The notes: generated by a model from the sequence alone, not told the origin. 64,000 nucleotides of DNA from Nitriliruptoraceae bacterium (GCA_040904825.1 JBBDSU010000057.1:12575-76574); one strand, 5' to 3'. Shown: positions 37,835 through 48,269, numbered from the stretch's first letter. Program-made: numbers and translations.

Positions 37835-39237
37835 CAGCGTTCCCCTGCGGCAGACGCGGCTGCCGTCGCCAGGTCGCGCAGCGCCGCATCGTTGACCTGG
37901 ACGTTGTCAAGATCTACTGATTCGACCCGCGCTTCGATGGCAGCTTGGGACGCCTCGGTCACGCCGGGCAGGTCGGCCTCTTGCAGGACCTCGCGGAAGA
38001 AACCTGTGACGATGAGTCGCAACGCGTCATCGCGCCGAATCCCGCGAGACTCCAGATAGAACAGGTGCAGCGCGTCAATCTGCCCCGTTGCCGACCCATG
38101 CCCCGCCGTGATATCGGCGCACTCGATCTCAAGGAACGGCGTGGAGTCAGCGCGCGCACCTTCGGTGAGGATGAGGCTGCGATTGTTCTCGTCCGTCGCG
38201 GTGCCCACCGCATCACGATGCACGAAGATGTTGCCGCGAAACACTGTCCGGCTGTTGCCTTGCAGTGCGCCCTTGAACAGCACGTCTGAGGTGGCGTTGG
38301 GGGCCAGGTGGCGCACGTAGGGCTGCAGGTCGAACCACTGCCCTTCATCGGCGAAGTACACGCCCAGAGGCCGCGCTCGCGCGCCGGGCCCCACAAGATC
38401 AACCTCAGGGCGCAGCCGAACGGTCGCTCCACCGGTGGTGACCGCAAGCGTCCTGACAGTGCTATCACGGTGTGCAGCGATCTTCTGCAATGACAGGTGC
38501 TGAATCTGGTCCGCCCAGCTTTGCAGCGACGCAACCTGCACATCCGCACTGTCGAGGGCGATGACTTCGACGACTTCATCGACAAGCGCGTCGACGCCTT
38601 CTTCCGAGGTGTGTTCCAGGTACAGCTGGACCTTGGCGTGATGTTCGACGACGGCCAAGACTCGAGGCAGGTGTGCGCCGGCAGATGTCACGTGGGTATG
38701 CACCGAGATCGGTACGGCGACCTCATACTCGGCAGGGATGTGCACGAAGATGCCTGCGGTCCAAGCAGCGTCGCTGGCAGTGATGGTGCGGTCCTCGTTG
38801 GCTCCTGTGGAGACGTCCGACGACGTCGTGAGGGATCCCAGATGGGTCTCGACCAGTTCTCGATGTGAGGTGGCTGCTTCTGCCAGGGTCGTCACGATCA
38901 CGCCGGCGTCGGCCAGCACCGAAGGCAGCGTGATCTCGACCACGACACCGTCAACGATGCGAGCGATGGCGGCTTCATCATCGAGGTTGTCGATCACCGA
39001 CGATGTCCTCTGTGAGGAAACCACTGCTGTGCCGTCCGCGCCGATCACTTCGCGTTCGATGTTGAACCGTTGGTCGAACGGGGTCGACCGCCAGAACTCA
39101 TCGACACGACTGTCCGGCCATTGTTGATCAGTCCACCGCTTGTAGGCCTCAAGCCGCCTATCGCGCAGCCAATCCGGTTCCGAGGATGCTGCGCTCAGGG
39201 CGGTGAGGTTCTCTTCAGTCAGGGCATGCAGGTTCAA
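37834..39237 (-). CDS. sufD: Fe-S cluster assembly protein SufD
   Basis: 467 aa between sufB and sufC. The C-terminal beta-helix region (NNRSLILTEGARADSTPFLEIECADITAGHGSATGQID) is typical of SufD/SufB. Confidence 0.85.
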   Translation of the reverse strand: MNLHALTEENLTALSAASSEPDWLRDRRLEAYKRWTDQQWPDSRVDEFWRSTPFDQRFNIEREVIGADGTAVVSSQRTSSVIDNLDDEAAIARIVDGVVVEITLPSVLADAGVIVTTLAEAATSHRELVETHLGSLTTSSDVSTGANEDRTITASDAAWTAGIFVHIPAEYEVAVPISVHTHVTSAGAHLPRVLAVVEHHAKVQLYLEHTSEEGVDALVDEVVEVIALDSADVQVASLQSWADQIQHLSLQKIAAHRDSTVRTLAVTTGGATVRLRPEVDLVGPGARARPLGVYFADEGQWFDLQPYVRHLAPNATSDVLFKGALQGNSRTVFRGNIFVHRDAVGTATDENNRSLILTEGARADSTPFLEIECADITAGHGSATGQIDALHLFYLESRGIRRDDALRLIVTGFFREVLQEADLPGVTEASQAAIEARVESVDLDNVQVNDAALRDLATAAASAAGER

Positions 39238-39298
39238 GGTGTTCTCGTCGTGTCAGGAACGTGATCGTTCCGAGGAAGGATGCGGCGGCGCAAACGGC

Positions 39299-40750
39299 TC
39301 AGCCGATTGCGCCCTCCATCTCCAGCGCGATCAGGCGGTTCAGCTCCACCGAATACTCCATGGGCAACTCCCGAGCGATCGGCTCGATGAACCCACGCAC
39401 GATCATGGCAGTCGCCTCGTCTTCGTTGATGCCGCGGGACTGCATGTAGAACAACTGGTCCTCGGACAATTTCGAGACCGTCGCCTCGTGCTCGATCGTG
39501 GCGTCTTCCTGTTCGATTTCCATGTACGGGTAGGTGTCGGTGCGCGACGTGTCGTCGAGCATCAGCGCGTCACACTTGACGGCTGCCCGGGCATGGTGGG
39601 CACCTTCGTTGATCGACACCAGGCCGCGGTAGCTCGTGCGGCCGGTGCCTTTCGAGATCGACTTCGACAGGATGTTGGAGGTGGTATAGGGAGCCGCGTG
39701 CACCATCTTGGCGCCGGCGTCCTGGTGCTGGCCATCGTTGGCGTAAGCCACCGACAGCACCTCGCCTTTGGCGCCCTCGCCGGTCAGCCACACTGCCGGG
39801 TACTTCATCGTGACCTTCGAGCCGATGTTGCCGTCGATCCACTCCATCGTGGCGTTCTTTTCGGCGATGGCCCGCTTGGTCACCAGGTTGTAGACATTGT
39901 TCGACCAGTTCTGGATCGTCGTGTACCGGACCCTGGCGCCTTCTCTGACGATGATCTCGACCACTGCTGAATGCAGCGAATCGGACGAATAGATCGGCGC
40001 CGTGCAGCCCTCGACGTAGTGAACGTAGGAACCAGGGTCAGCGATGATCAGTGTGCGCTCGAACTGGCCCATGTTCTGCTTGTTGATGCGGAAGTAGGCC
40101 TGCAGCGGGATGTCAACCTTGACCCCTTCAGGGATCCAGATGAACGATCCTCCCGACCACACCGCCGTGTTGAGGGCAGCAAACTTGTTGTCATTGGGAG
40201 GAATCACTGTCCCGAAGTGCTCGCGGAACATGTCTTCGTGCTCGTGCAGCGCTGTGTCGGTGTCGAGGAAGACCACGCCCTCTTCTTCGAGGTCTTCGCG
40301 CACCTTGTGATACAGCACCGTGCTCTCATATTGCGCTGCAACACCCGCGATGAGCCGCTCGCGCTCAGCCTGCGGAATACCCAGCTTCTCGTAGGTCTCG
40401 AGAATCTCGGGCGGCAACTCATCCCAGGTGTTGGCCTGCTTCTCGGACGCCTCCACGTAGTAGTAGATGTCGTCGAAGTCGATGCCTGATAGGTCGGCTC
40501 CCCAGTTGGGCATAGGCCGCCGGCGGTAGGCCTCGTAGGCGCGCAGGCGCAGGTCCAGCATCCAGGCAGGTTCGTTCTTGCGCTCGCTGATGGCAGCGAC
40601 CTTGTCACGATCGAGCCCTCGTTCAGAAGTGAACGAGTACTCGTCGTCACGGTCGGCCCAACCGAACTTGTATTCGCTCAGGTCTTGCGCCACCGCAGCC
40701 TGTTCCTTGCGGGCGTCACTGACCGGCAGATTGATCTCGGTCTGGCTCAC
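39299..40750 (-). CDS. sufB: Fe-S cluster assembly protein SufB
   Basis: 483 aa containing [23 protein letters not shown] and [21 protein letters not shown], all highly conserved in SufB. Confidence 0.92.
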   Translation of the reverse strand: MSQTEINLPVSDARKEQAAVAQDLSEYKFGWADRDDEYSFTSERGLDRDKVAAISERKNEPAWMLDLRLRAYEAYRRRPMPNWGADLSGIDFDDIYYYVEASEKQANTWDELPPEILETYEKLGIPQAERERLIAGVAAQYESTVLYHKVREDLEEEGVVFLDTDTALHEHEDMFREHFGTVIPPNDNKFAALNTAVWSGGSFIWIPEGVKVDIPLQAYFRINKQNMGQFERTLIIADPGSYVHYVEGCTAPIYSSDSLHSAVVEIIVREGARVRYTTIQNWSNNVYNLVTKRAIAEKNATMEWIDGNIGSKVTMKYPAVWLTGEGAKGEVLSVAYANDGQHQDAGAKMVHAAPYTTSNILSKSISKGTGRTSYRGLVSINEGAHHARAAVKCDALMLDDTSRTDTYPYMEIEQEDATIEHEATVSKLSEDQLFYMQSRGINEDEATAMIVRGFIEPIARELPMEYSVELNRLIALEMEGAIG

Positions 40751-41541
40751 CTTCGGACTCCTAGATCGGTGCTGTCAACGGTCGAGGCGGATGCGTCGAC
40801 CACCTTGGGGACATCGTTGCTCGTACTAGTGGGCTGTTGGCTGCGCACACCGTCATCTGGCGCGCCTCCCGTCTTGGGTGCAACCGTGCACACGCAGGCG
40901 GTTGATCCTGCCGCCATGGTCTCACGACGCGACACGGTCACATCGCTACCCAGAACCTTGGAAAAACTCGCGGCTTCATACGCGCACAGTTCGGGGTGTT
41001 CACGAGCCACACGCTCAATCGTGCAATGGCTCTGCACCAATCGGAATCCTGCGCCGTCATCATCGACCGACGCATCGAAGCCGGCAAGCGAAAGCGCGTC
41101 GGCGAGTTGCGACAATCGCTCATGAAGATCTTCTGCCGTGACCGCCACGCCGAGTCCCGCAACCTCACGCTGCATTCTCCAGCGAAAGAACTCTCGCAGG
41201 CCCTCACGTCCACCGCGGTCCGACACAAACTCAAGGACCTCCGACGCGAGCCGGTCATAGCGATGAGGAAGCAGGCGCTCCGCGGCGGCTGTCAAGTGGT
41301 AGCGGGCAGCCGGACGGCCTCGGCCTTGCCGTACGGTGACGGCTTCAACCAGGTCGTCGTCCTCAAGCAGTGCCAAATGACGGCGGATAGCGACAGCCGA
41401 GATACCGAGATAATTGGCGAGTTCCGGCGCCGATCGGCCCGGGTTCTGCCGAAGGACATCCACAATCGCTGCTCGGGCTTCCCCGAGCAGCGCGACCAGC
41501 GACGTCGACACCGCAGGGCGCGAGGTCGTGTCGGTCGGCAT
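40747..41541 (-). CDS. sufR: SufR, winged-HTH (ArsR/DeoR-like) Fe-S-sensing repressor of the suf operon
   Basis: N-terminal HTH ([42 protein letters not shown]). C-terminal Cys residues (HCTIERV..., ELCAYE, ACVCTV). First gene of the operon, with a GTGA overlap to sufB. Confidence 0.75.
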   Translation of the reverse strand: MPTDTTSRPAVSTSLVALLGEARAAIVDVLRQNPGRSAPELANYLGISAVAIRRHLALLEDDDLVEAVTVRQGRGRPAARYHLTAAAERLLPHRYDRLASEVLEFVSDRGGREGLREFFRWRMQREVAGLGVAVTAEDLHERLSQLADALSLAGFDASVDDDGAGFRLVQSHCTIERVAREHPELCAYEAASFSKVLGSDVTVSRRETMAAGSTACVCTVAPKTGGAPDDGVRSQQPTSTSNDVPKVVDASASTVDSTDLGVRR

Positions 41542-41664
41542 CTGTCACATCCTCATCGTCGTGATCATGGGCGGCTCGTGAGCCACGCGCAGTGCGCAGG
41601 CTGTCCGGTTGGACGCGCACCTGGGCTCTGAGCCAATGAGCGCGGGAACCGGGCCACCACTTAC

Positions 41665-41678
41665 GCAACCTTTAGGTT
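41665..41678. promoter_or_regulatory. Candidate SufR operator CAAC-CTTTAG-GTTG next to a TATTAT -10-like hexamer (minus strand)
   Basis: The palindrome CAACCTTTAGGTTG fits the CAAC-N6-GTTG motif reported for SufR. On the minus strand, TATTAT (41681-41686) lies 2 nt upstream of it. Confidence 0.5.
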
Positions 41679-41732
41679 GCCATAATACGGGGTGGCGGCC
41701 TCTGCCGCAAAGACGACCGGCCTGCCGAACTC

Positions 41733-42680
41733 CTACTGTTGCTGTTGCTGCTGGCCAGCAGCAACCGTCGACCGCCGATGGCCGCTGCCTGGCGCTCCGG
41801 CGTAGGGTTCCGGCGCCAGCCGCCGCATATGCACGCTGACCGTCAATTTGTGGGCCGCCGCACCGTTGTAGATGCCCCGAAAAGGTGCCACGTCGTCGTA
41901 GTCGCGACCGCGGCCAATCGTCACATGGCGTTCACCGACTTCCTGATCGTTGGTCGGATCAAGTGCCCACCATCCGAACCCAGGCACCGCTACCTCAACC
42001 CACGCATGAGTCTGAACCTCAACTTCATCGCCCGCGACATCTTCGCCTGTCTCGTCGCTCGTCGCGAAGAGATATCCCGATACATAGCGCGCGGGGATGA
42101 GCGCCGACCGATACATCGCTACGGCGAGATGCGCGAAGTCTTGGCACACGCCAGCGCCGGCTCCGTACACGTCGTCGACACCCACACCGACATAGGTCGC
42201 ACCAGGACGGAAGTCGAGTGTCGCAGCTTCGTTATGGACGGCCCGGATCGCCGCAATCAGGTCATCGCCTGACGCACCTCGCGCTGTCGTGATGGCTCGG
42301 CGGGCCGCTTCTGCGACATCGTGTCCCCAATCAACATGCGGCGACCGTTGTAGGAACGAGAAGTGCGCATCCAGGAACCGTTGCTCCTCAACGCGGGCCC
42401 ACGGCATCGACGCCGGTGCGACAGCAGCCGGTCCCGTGTCAACGGTCGCCGCGGCAACGACCTCGAGAGCCTCGTGGCGTGGCCTTATCCCAAACGTGTC
42501 GACCCTGGTACCCCAGAAGTCAACGTAGGAGACCACGCGCGACGACGGCGTGCTGGTCACGTCATAGTGAACGAGTTGCTGACGGTCATCGGTGGTAGGG
42601 CACGCGCGCAACTCGTTCTGGGATTCGCGGACTGGCGCGGGATAGTCGAACCGTGTGAGATAGGTGATGTCCAAGCGCAT
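41733..42680 (-). CDS. Transglutaminase-family protein (Bact_transglu_N + transglutaminase core)
   Basis: MRLDITYLTRFDYPAPVRES is a typical N-domain start. Catalytic Cys context GAGVCQDFAHLAVAMYRSALIPARYVSGYL, then HAWVEV and LDPTN (His/Asp). The ORF track starts at GTG 42710. Confidence 0.8.
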   Translation of the reverse strand: MRLDITYLTRFDYPAPVRESQNELRACPTTDDRQQLVHYDVTSTPSSRVVSYVDFWGTRVDTFGIRPRHEALEVVAAATVDTGPAAVAPASMPWARVEEQRFLDAHFSFLQRSPHVDWGHDVAEAARRAITTARGASGDDLIAAIRAVHNEAATLDFRPGATYVGVGVDDVYGAGAGVCQDFAHLAVAMYRSALIPARYVSGYLFATSDETGEDVAGDEVEVQTHAWVEVAVPGFGWWALDPTNDQEVGERHVTIGRGRDYDDVAPFRGIYNGAAAHKLTVSVHMRRLAPEPYAGAPGSGHRRSTVAAGQQQQQQ

Positions 42681-42750
42681 GGGGTGGTCGGTGCCTCCAA
42701 ACAGGCTCACTGGGTGCGTGAGCGACAGGTGCTAAGGGACGTGTCGAACG

Positions 42751-43767
42751 TCAGATCCTGGAGATCGCGCGCAGTTCGCCGTCGGGACGATGCCGGAAGA
42801 ACTCATCGGCGATCAGTTCGGCAACGAGCGCGACATCACGCTGCACAGTTTCGAGAAAATCGATCAGCCCTTCCTCGAACAGTTCTGTGACATCACGGTA
42901 CTTGACCGCCGCGACCGTTCGGCCCAGCGCCCGCACTGAACGGGATGACCGCCCACGTCCGACCTGCTCCAACAAGGTCATCGCTGAGGTCAAGCTGAAC
43001 ATCACACTGCGGGGCAGGTCGGGCTCGAGCAGGAGAAACTCGACGACGTCGCCGGGATCCATCGACGAGCGATAGCGCCGCCGGTAGGCCTCAAGTGCTG
43101 AGGCAGACTTGAGGACCGCAACCCACTGATGGAAGTCTGTCCGGTCCGCGCCCTGCACCTGGGCAGGTTCCGCCGGGTCACGCTGGAAACGCAGCGACGG
43201 CCCTCCCAGCGCTTCCAACTGCGCATACCTCACACTGATCAGGCGACAGGTCATCTCGGCACGCTCAAGCAATCGGCCCAACGCCATGAACCGCCACCCG
43301 TCATCCCGGGGCATCGTTTCGCTGGCAGCGCCGTAGATCGTCATACAACTGCTTCTAATAGCGGCGAACAGTTCGAACGGTTGGTCGGCCAGATCCTGCC
43401 TGAGGTCACGGGCCGCCATCATCAGGTGCAGGTCATTGACGGCCGCCCACAATTCCGAAGAGACCAATTCGCGGACCGAGCGCACGTTTTCCCGGGCGCG
43501 GGCAACGGAGGCGGCGATCGAACCACGGGTATCCCGGTCGAGGACCAGAAACTCCATCACCGCCTCGCCCGAAAGCGGCTTTCCTGCATACGCCCCGGCC
43601 AGGTGCAGCACGTCAAGCAGCTCGAACCACGACGACTCCATCTCGTGGGGCGGTGATTCCAACAGCGTGTGGTAGGTGACGTCGACCATCCGCGCGGTGT
43701 CCTCAGCACGCTCGACGTACCTCCCCGCCCAGAAGAGGTTTTCAGCAAGCCGCGCCAGCATGCTCAT
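42751..43767 (-). CDS. Alpha-E domain protein (DUF403)
   Basis: MSMLARLAENLFWAGRYVERAEDTARMVDV is the characteristic alpha-E N-terminus. ATGA overlap with the upstream ATP-grasp stop. Confidence 0.8.
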   Translation of the reverse strand: MSMLARLAENLFWAGRYVERAEDTARMVDVTYHTLLESPPHEMESSWFELLDVLHLAGAYAGKPLSGEAVMEFLVLDRDTRGSIAASVARARENVRSVRELVSSELWAAVNDLHLMMAARDLRQDLADQPFELFAAIRSSCMTIYGAASETMPRDDGWRFMALGRLLERAEMTCRLISVRYAQLEALGGPSLRFQRDPAEPAQVQGADRTDFHQWVAVLKSASALEAYRRRYRSSMDPGDVVEFLLLEPDLPRSVMFSLTSAMTLLEQVGRGRSSRSVRALGRTVAAVKYRDVTELFEEGLIDFLETVQRDVALVAELIADEFFRHRPDGELRAISRI

Positions 43768-45281
43768 GGTGCGCCACCACCGTGGGAGTTGCCGTCGCTT
43801 GCAATCTCGCCTGGCGTGACAGGCTGGGTTGGCGCACCTGGCTCGAGCACCCAAGTGTCTTTCGATCCGCCACCTTGGGAGGAGTTCACCACCAGGGAAC
43901 CTTCGGGCAGCGCCACTCGCGTCAGACCGCCAGGCACGACATCAACCGTCTCGCCGGTGATGGCAAACGGGCGCAAGTCGATGTGCCTTCCTGCCATCTT
44001 GCCATCGATGAGCGTGGGATGGCGGGTGAGCTGGATGACCTCCTGGGCGATGAATCCGCGCGGATCGGCTTCGACAGCGCGCCTGAACCTCTGCCGTTGT
44101 TCGTCAGTCGAAGCGGGGCCGATCAGCATTCCGTAGCCGCCTGACCCGGCGACAGGCTTGACCACCATCTCCTCAAGGCGGTCGAGGACTTCAGTGCGTT
44201 GCTCTGGATCCCACAGCAGATAGGTGGTGACGTTTGGCAAGATCGGCTCTTCACCCAGGTAGTAGCGAATGAGATCGGGAACGAAGGCGTAAACCGCCTT
44301 GTCGTCAGCGACTCCATTGCCGATTGCGTTGGCGATCGTGACGTTGCCAGCACGGGCAGCCGACACAAGCCCAGGAACTCCCAGCATCGAATCAGAGCGG
44401 AACACGACCGGATCCAAGAACTCGTCATCGATGCGTCGATAGATGACGTCAACTCGCCGCAACCCCGCCGTCGTACGCATATACACGACATGCTCGTCGA
44501 CAACGAGGTCGCCACCTTCGACCAGCTCGACCCCCATCTGCCGAGCCAGGAACGCATGCTCGAAGTACGCCGAGTTGAACACTCCCGGAGTGAGCACAAC
44601 GGCAACCGGGTCTTCTCCCGCCGCAGGCGGCGCGACCGACCGCAAGGCTCCCAACAGAAGTGGGCCGTAATGGTCAACAGCCCGCACCCGCTGAGCGGCG
44701 AATGCAACCGGCAGGACGCGCGTCATTGCTGCCCGGTTCTCCAGCATGTAGCTGACACCGGACGGATTGCGAAGGTTGTCCTCAAGCACGCGGTAGGTGC
44801 CGTCGGCGTCGCGCACAAGGTCGACGCCCGATACCAGGCACCGTGCCGCGTGCGGCACACTGATGCCGAAGCCAGCACGCTGAAATCCATCAGCGGTTTC
44901 AATCAGCCACCACGGCACGATCTCGTCATGCAGGGCCGCCTGCTCGCCCACGTAGACATCATCAAGGAAGCGATTGAGTGCGGTGACGCGCTGGCGGACT
45001 CCACGTTCGAGGTGATCCCATTCGTCGGCGGGAATCAGCCGGGGAACCATGTCCATCGGGAACGTGCGCTCGATGCCTTCGCCATCGCCGTACACCGTAA
45101 ACGTGACCCCTTGGGTCCGGAACAACCGGTCCCGTAGGCGTTCACGGCGCTGCAGGTCCTCCGACGTCAGTTGGTCCAGCCGCGAGATCAGATGCTCGTA
45201 ATGGCTGCGCACCTGGCCGGCGGATTCAAAGACCTCGTCGAAGAACCCATCCAACTCGTAGTCGTCGAAGAGCCCATTCAC
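43764..45281 (-). CDS. Circularly permuted ATP-grasp protein (type 2, DUF404/DUF407)
   Basis: About 505 aa, VNGLFDDYELDGFFDEVFESAG...RPFAITGE...GGLTRVALPEGSLVVNSSQGGGSKDTWVL. GTG at 45281 forms a GTGA overlap with the helicase stop. The ORF track extends to 45608. Confidence 0.8.
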   Translation of the reverse strand: MNGLFDDYELDGFFDEVFESAGQVRSHYEHLISRLDQLTSEDLQRRERLRDRLFRTQGVTFTVYGDGEGIERTFPMDMVPRLIPADEWDHLERGVRQRVTALNRFLDDVYVGEQAALHDEIVPWWLIETADGFQRAGFGISVPHAARCLVSGVDLVRDADGTYRVLEDNLRNPSGVSYMLENRAAMTRVLPVAFAAQRVRAVDHYGPLLLGALRSVAPPAAGEDPVAVVLTPGVFNSAYFEHAFLARQMGVELVEGGDLVVDEHVVYMRTTAGLRRVDVIYRRIDDEFLDPVVFRSDSMLGVPGLVSAARAGNVTIANAIGNGVADDKAVYAFVPDLIRYYLGEEPILPNVTTYLLWDPEQRTEVLDRLEEMVVKPVAGSGGYGMLIGPASTDEQRQRFRRAVEADPRGFIAQEVIQLTRHPTLIDGKMAGRHIDLRPFAITGETVDVVPGGLTRVALPEGSLVVNSSQGGGSKDTWVLEPGAPTQPVTPGEIASDGNSHGGGAP

Positions 45282-47560
45282 GGCACAGACGGTAGCGGCC
45301 GATCTGAACGGGTGGTTACGCGCGTTTCGTTGTCTGAGATATCCGGTGCAGCGCCATGCACGACCGATGAACTCGGCGCACCGTGGGCAAGGCGCCACGC
45401 GAGTCCGGTCCATCGCCGGCCAGGCCCGTCTCGGCCCGTCGCAGCAACGATCAAGCTTGGGTCGCCCACGATGATCAACGCTTGCTGCGCTCGAGTGATC
45501 GCGGTGTACACCAGGTTTCTCCACATCATCGCGCGGTGGGAACGATCCACCACGAGGACAACGACGGGCCATTCCCCGCCCTGCGCCTTGTGCACTGTGA
45601 CCGCCCATGCCAGGGTCACGTCACGCAATTGGGCACGGTCGTATGTCACCTCGTGTCGCGGATATCGGATCGTTACCGAACCGGCGCGCGTATCAAGGTC
45701 GACCACGTGACCAACGTCGCCGTTGGCTACATCGAGGTCCGCATCGTTGCGCGTCTGCATCACACGGTCACCAACGTCAAATCCACCGAGCTGCGGTCCG
45801 CCGCCGGGCGGATTGATGGCGCCTTTGAGCGCTTGGTTGAGACGGTCTACTCCAACCGGCCCTCGGTAGCTCGGGCACAGCACCTGAACCTCATCGACAG
45901 CGACTGAAAAGCGCTCGGGGGCACGGGTAGCGACAGCCTTGACGACGCGTTCGATGATGCGGTCGTGATCGCGCTCGTCGGCAAGAAACACATCGTGGTC
46001 GACCGGCCGCAGTGCCGGACTTCGCCCATCGCGCACGTCTGTTGCCAACGTCACGATCCGACTGTCGGCCGCTTGGCGATGAATCTCAATCAGGGTCGTG
46101 ACATGGACTCTGCCTGACCTGATGAGGTCTCCAAGGACATCGCCGGGGCCGACTGACGGCAGTTGATCTGGATCACCCACCAGCATCAGGTGCGCACCGT
46201 CATCAATAGCAGCCACAAGGCTGCGAGCAAGCCAGGTATCGCACATCGAAACTTCATCGGCAATCACGAGGTCGAACGGCAATCGCTCATCCGCACCGAA
46301 ACGAAAGCTGTAGTCGCCGTGACCATCGGGCCGAGCCTCAAGGAGCCTATGGATGGTGGTCGCTGTGACCCCTCCGACCGCGACGACTTCCTCGAGTCGT
46401 TTGGCAGCACGTCCTGTGGGTGCACACAAGGCAACCTGGAGGTTCATTTTCGACGCTGCGGCGACCACCTCCTGCACTGTGCGTGTCTTGCCCGTGCCTG
46501 GTCCACCGGTCAACACTGAAACCGCATGAGTGAAGGTGGCGATGACAGCACGGGACTGTTCTTCAGTCAGCCCAAATGCAGGTGCGGCCTTGGCAGCCAG
46601 CGGCGCCACCCTGGATGTGGCCTGGCCCAGCCTCAGCAGATGCTCCGCCAGACTCCGCTCGGTGGCGAATGCTTCCGGCTCAGCGACGACGTCTATTCCG
46701 TCGATCACCTCATGGGCCAGCCATCCTCCGGTAAGCGCCTGATCGGTGGCTGCGACGGCGAGCACGGCGTCGGTGGCCAGGATGCGTCGCGTTTCGCCGA
46801 CGGCTTCGCTACGCGGAACATGCTGGTGACCATTGCCGGCTCGTAGCTGGCGAACTGCCGCTGTTGCCCCGGCAGCGAGTCGGACGCCATCGTGGGAAGC
46901 GATACCCAGATGCGCAGCCAGGCGGTCAACATGGCTAAAGGTGATCCGACCAGCGAAAAACAGCGTGTAAGGCTCGCTTGAGGCGATATCAAGGAGTTGG
47001 TCTCCAAAGGTGCGGTGCGCCTGTCTGGCAGCTTCGATCGGCCAGCCCAGTGGAGCAACCTTGGCGAAGAAGTCAGCGAGAACACGCCCCGATAGCCAGG
47101 CCTTGTGCAACGCCTGCGCATCGGCGGCATCTATTCCAGCTTCCGCGGCCAGTCGTTCAGGATCCCCGGACGCAACGTCTGCCAGTTCGTCGCCAAACGT
47201 GGCCAGCGCACGCTCAACGGCACGACGTGGAACGTCGGCGAACGCATCGCTGACGAGCAAGGCCTCCAGCTCATCCGCAGTTTGTGGCGCGGACTGCTGC
47301 CAGTAGAGGGCCTCGAAGGTTGGTCCATAGCGAGGGTGATCCCCCCACGATCCCACAACGGTGACACGCTGACCAGCGCTCAGCGTGGCTACCGGGCCTG
47401 AACAGCGAATCCCATCCGCGTCGCCGTCGATCGCGAACTCGACGACGCCGAACCCCGTGCTCGCATCCGCGAACCAGATGCCGAGTACTTCTCCCGACAG
47501 GGACAGGTGGTCCCCGAGCAGGTTTTCGGACGAAGCTTCCTCGCCGGAGGAATCAACCAC
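45278..47560 (-). CDS. RecD2-like SF1 DNA helicase
   Basis: Walker A LTGGPGTGKT. Also DEVSMCD, LMLVGDPDQLPSVGPGDVL and AVTVHKAQGGEWPVVVLV motifs. GTG at 47560 overlaps the upstream gene stop (GTGGTTGA). The ORF track extends to 47734. Confidence 0.8.
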   Translation of the reverse strand: MVDSSGEEASSENLLGDHLSLSGEVLGIWFADASTGFGVVEFAIDGDADGIRCSGPVATLSAGQRVTVVGSWGDHPRYGPTFEALYWQQSAPQTADELEALLVSDAFADVPRRAVERALATFGDELADVASGDPERLAAEAGIDAADAQALHKAWLSGRVLADFFAKVAPLGWPIEAARQAHRTFGDQLLDIASSEPYTLFFAGRITFSHVDRLAAHLGIASHDGVRLAAGATAAVRQLRAGNGHQHVPRSEAVGETRRILATDAVLAVAATDQALTGGWLAHEVIDGIDVVAEPEAFATERSLAEHLLRLGQATSRVAPLAAKAAPAFGLTEEQSRAVIATFTHAVSVLTGGPGTGKTRTVQEVVAAASKMNLQVALCAPTGRAAKRLEEVVAVGGVTATTIHRLLEARPDGHGDYSFRFGADERLPFDLVIADEVSMCDTWLARSLVAAIDDGAHLMLVGDPDQLPSVGPGDVLGDLIRSGRVHVTTLIEIHRQAADSRIVTLATDVRDGRSPALRPVDHDVFLADERDHDRIIERVVKAVATRAPERFSVAVDEVQVLCPSYRGPVGVDRLNQALKGAINPPGGGPQLGGFDVGDRVMQTRNDADLDVANGDVGHVVDLDTRAGSVTIRYPRHEVTYDRAQLRDVTLAWAVTVHKAQGGEWPVVVLVVDRSHRAMMWRNLVYTAITRAQQALIIVGDPSLIVAATGRDGPGRRWTGLAWRLAHGAPSSSVVHGAAPDISDNETRVTTRSDRPLPSVP

Positions 47561-48269
47561 CGTCAGCAGACGTCGAGCGGAGCGAGGTTCTGACCGCGGG
47601 ATGCTGTGGCTGGGTGGCGTCGTCGTTCGCGACAGCAGCACCACCAGCACCATCCGGGTGGTCGGCCGAGCCAGGTTCACCGACACCGACACCGACACCG
47701 ATCCCGGCAACAGCAGGAGGGGCCTTACCCGCATCTTTCAGTGCAACCACACTGGCGTGGCGGCGCGCCTGCTCATCGTCTCGAGCCTGGGCAGCCAACC
47801 CACGGGCATCACCGACAATCCAACCTGCGGCAAACCCGCCAGCGAACCCAAGAGATAACCAGCCGACGACTCGCCACCGACGGGACCGGATCTCACGCGC
47901 AGAAGGAGGCACCGCGTGGGCGAATTCACGCGTCTTTTCGGCAACTTCGTGGCCACGGCGTGATGCCGCTTCAGCACGCTCAGTCAAGACACGGGCGATG
48001 GTGAGCGACTTGGACACCAGCCGTGGCACTGCGACCGCCACAGCGATGAGCGCCTGGCCCAACTCAAGCACCCCAACACCGGCACGGCGCGCCCGTGGCT
48101 CAACGTGGCGTTGGTAGTTGGCTCGCGCATCTTCCGGAAGTCGGGCGACAGTGTCCCATCCGTCACGTCCGGATTCGACCATCTCTGAGGCTCGCCGACC
48201 GATGTCGTGAGTTAACCGCTGCGCGGTGTCGCCCACCCTTGCGGGGGACCAGTTACGAACATCCATCAC
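47553..48269 (-). CDS. Hypothetical membrane-associated protein
   Basis: 238-aa ORF with two hydrophobic segments (LIAVAVAVPRLV; VVGWLSLGFAGGFAAGWIV) and a Gly/Val/Ala-rich tail. The antisense ORFs look like low-complexity shadows. Confidence 0.45.
   Translation of the reverse strand: MMDVRNWSPARVGDTAQRLTHDIGRRASEMVESGRDGWDTVARLPEDARANYQRHVEPRARRAGVGVLELGQALIAVAVAVPRLVSKSLTIARVLTERAEAASRRGHEVAEKTREFAHAVPPSAREIRSRRWRVVGWLSLGFAGGFAAGWIVGDARGLAAQARDDEQARRHASVVALKDAGKAPPAVAGIGVGVGVGEPGSADHPDGAGGAAVANDDATQPQHPAVRTSLRSTSADGG
47678..47701. repeat. Hexanucleotide tandem repeat (CACCGA)x4
   Basis: Read directly from the sequence. It encodes the GVGVGVG stretch of the 47553..48269 protein. Confidence 0.9.
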
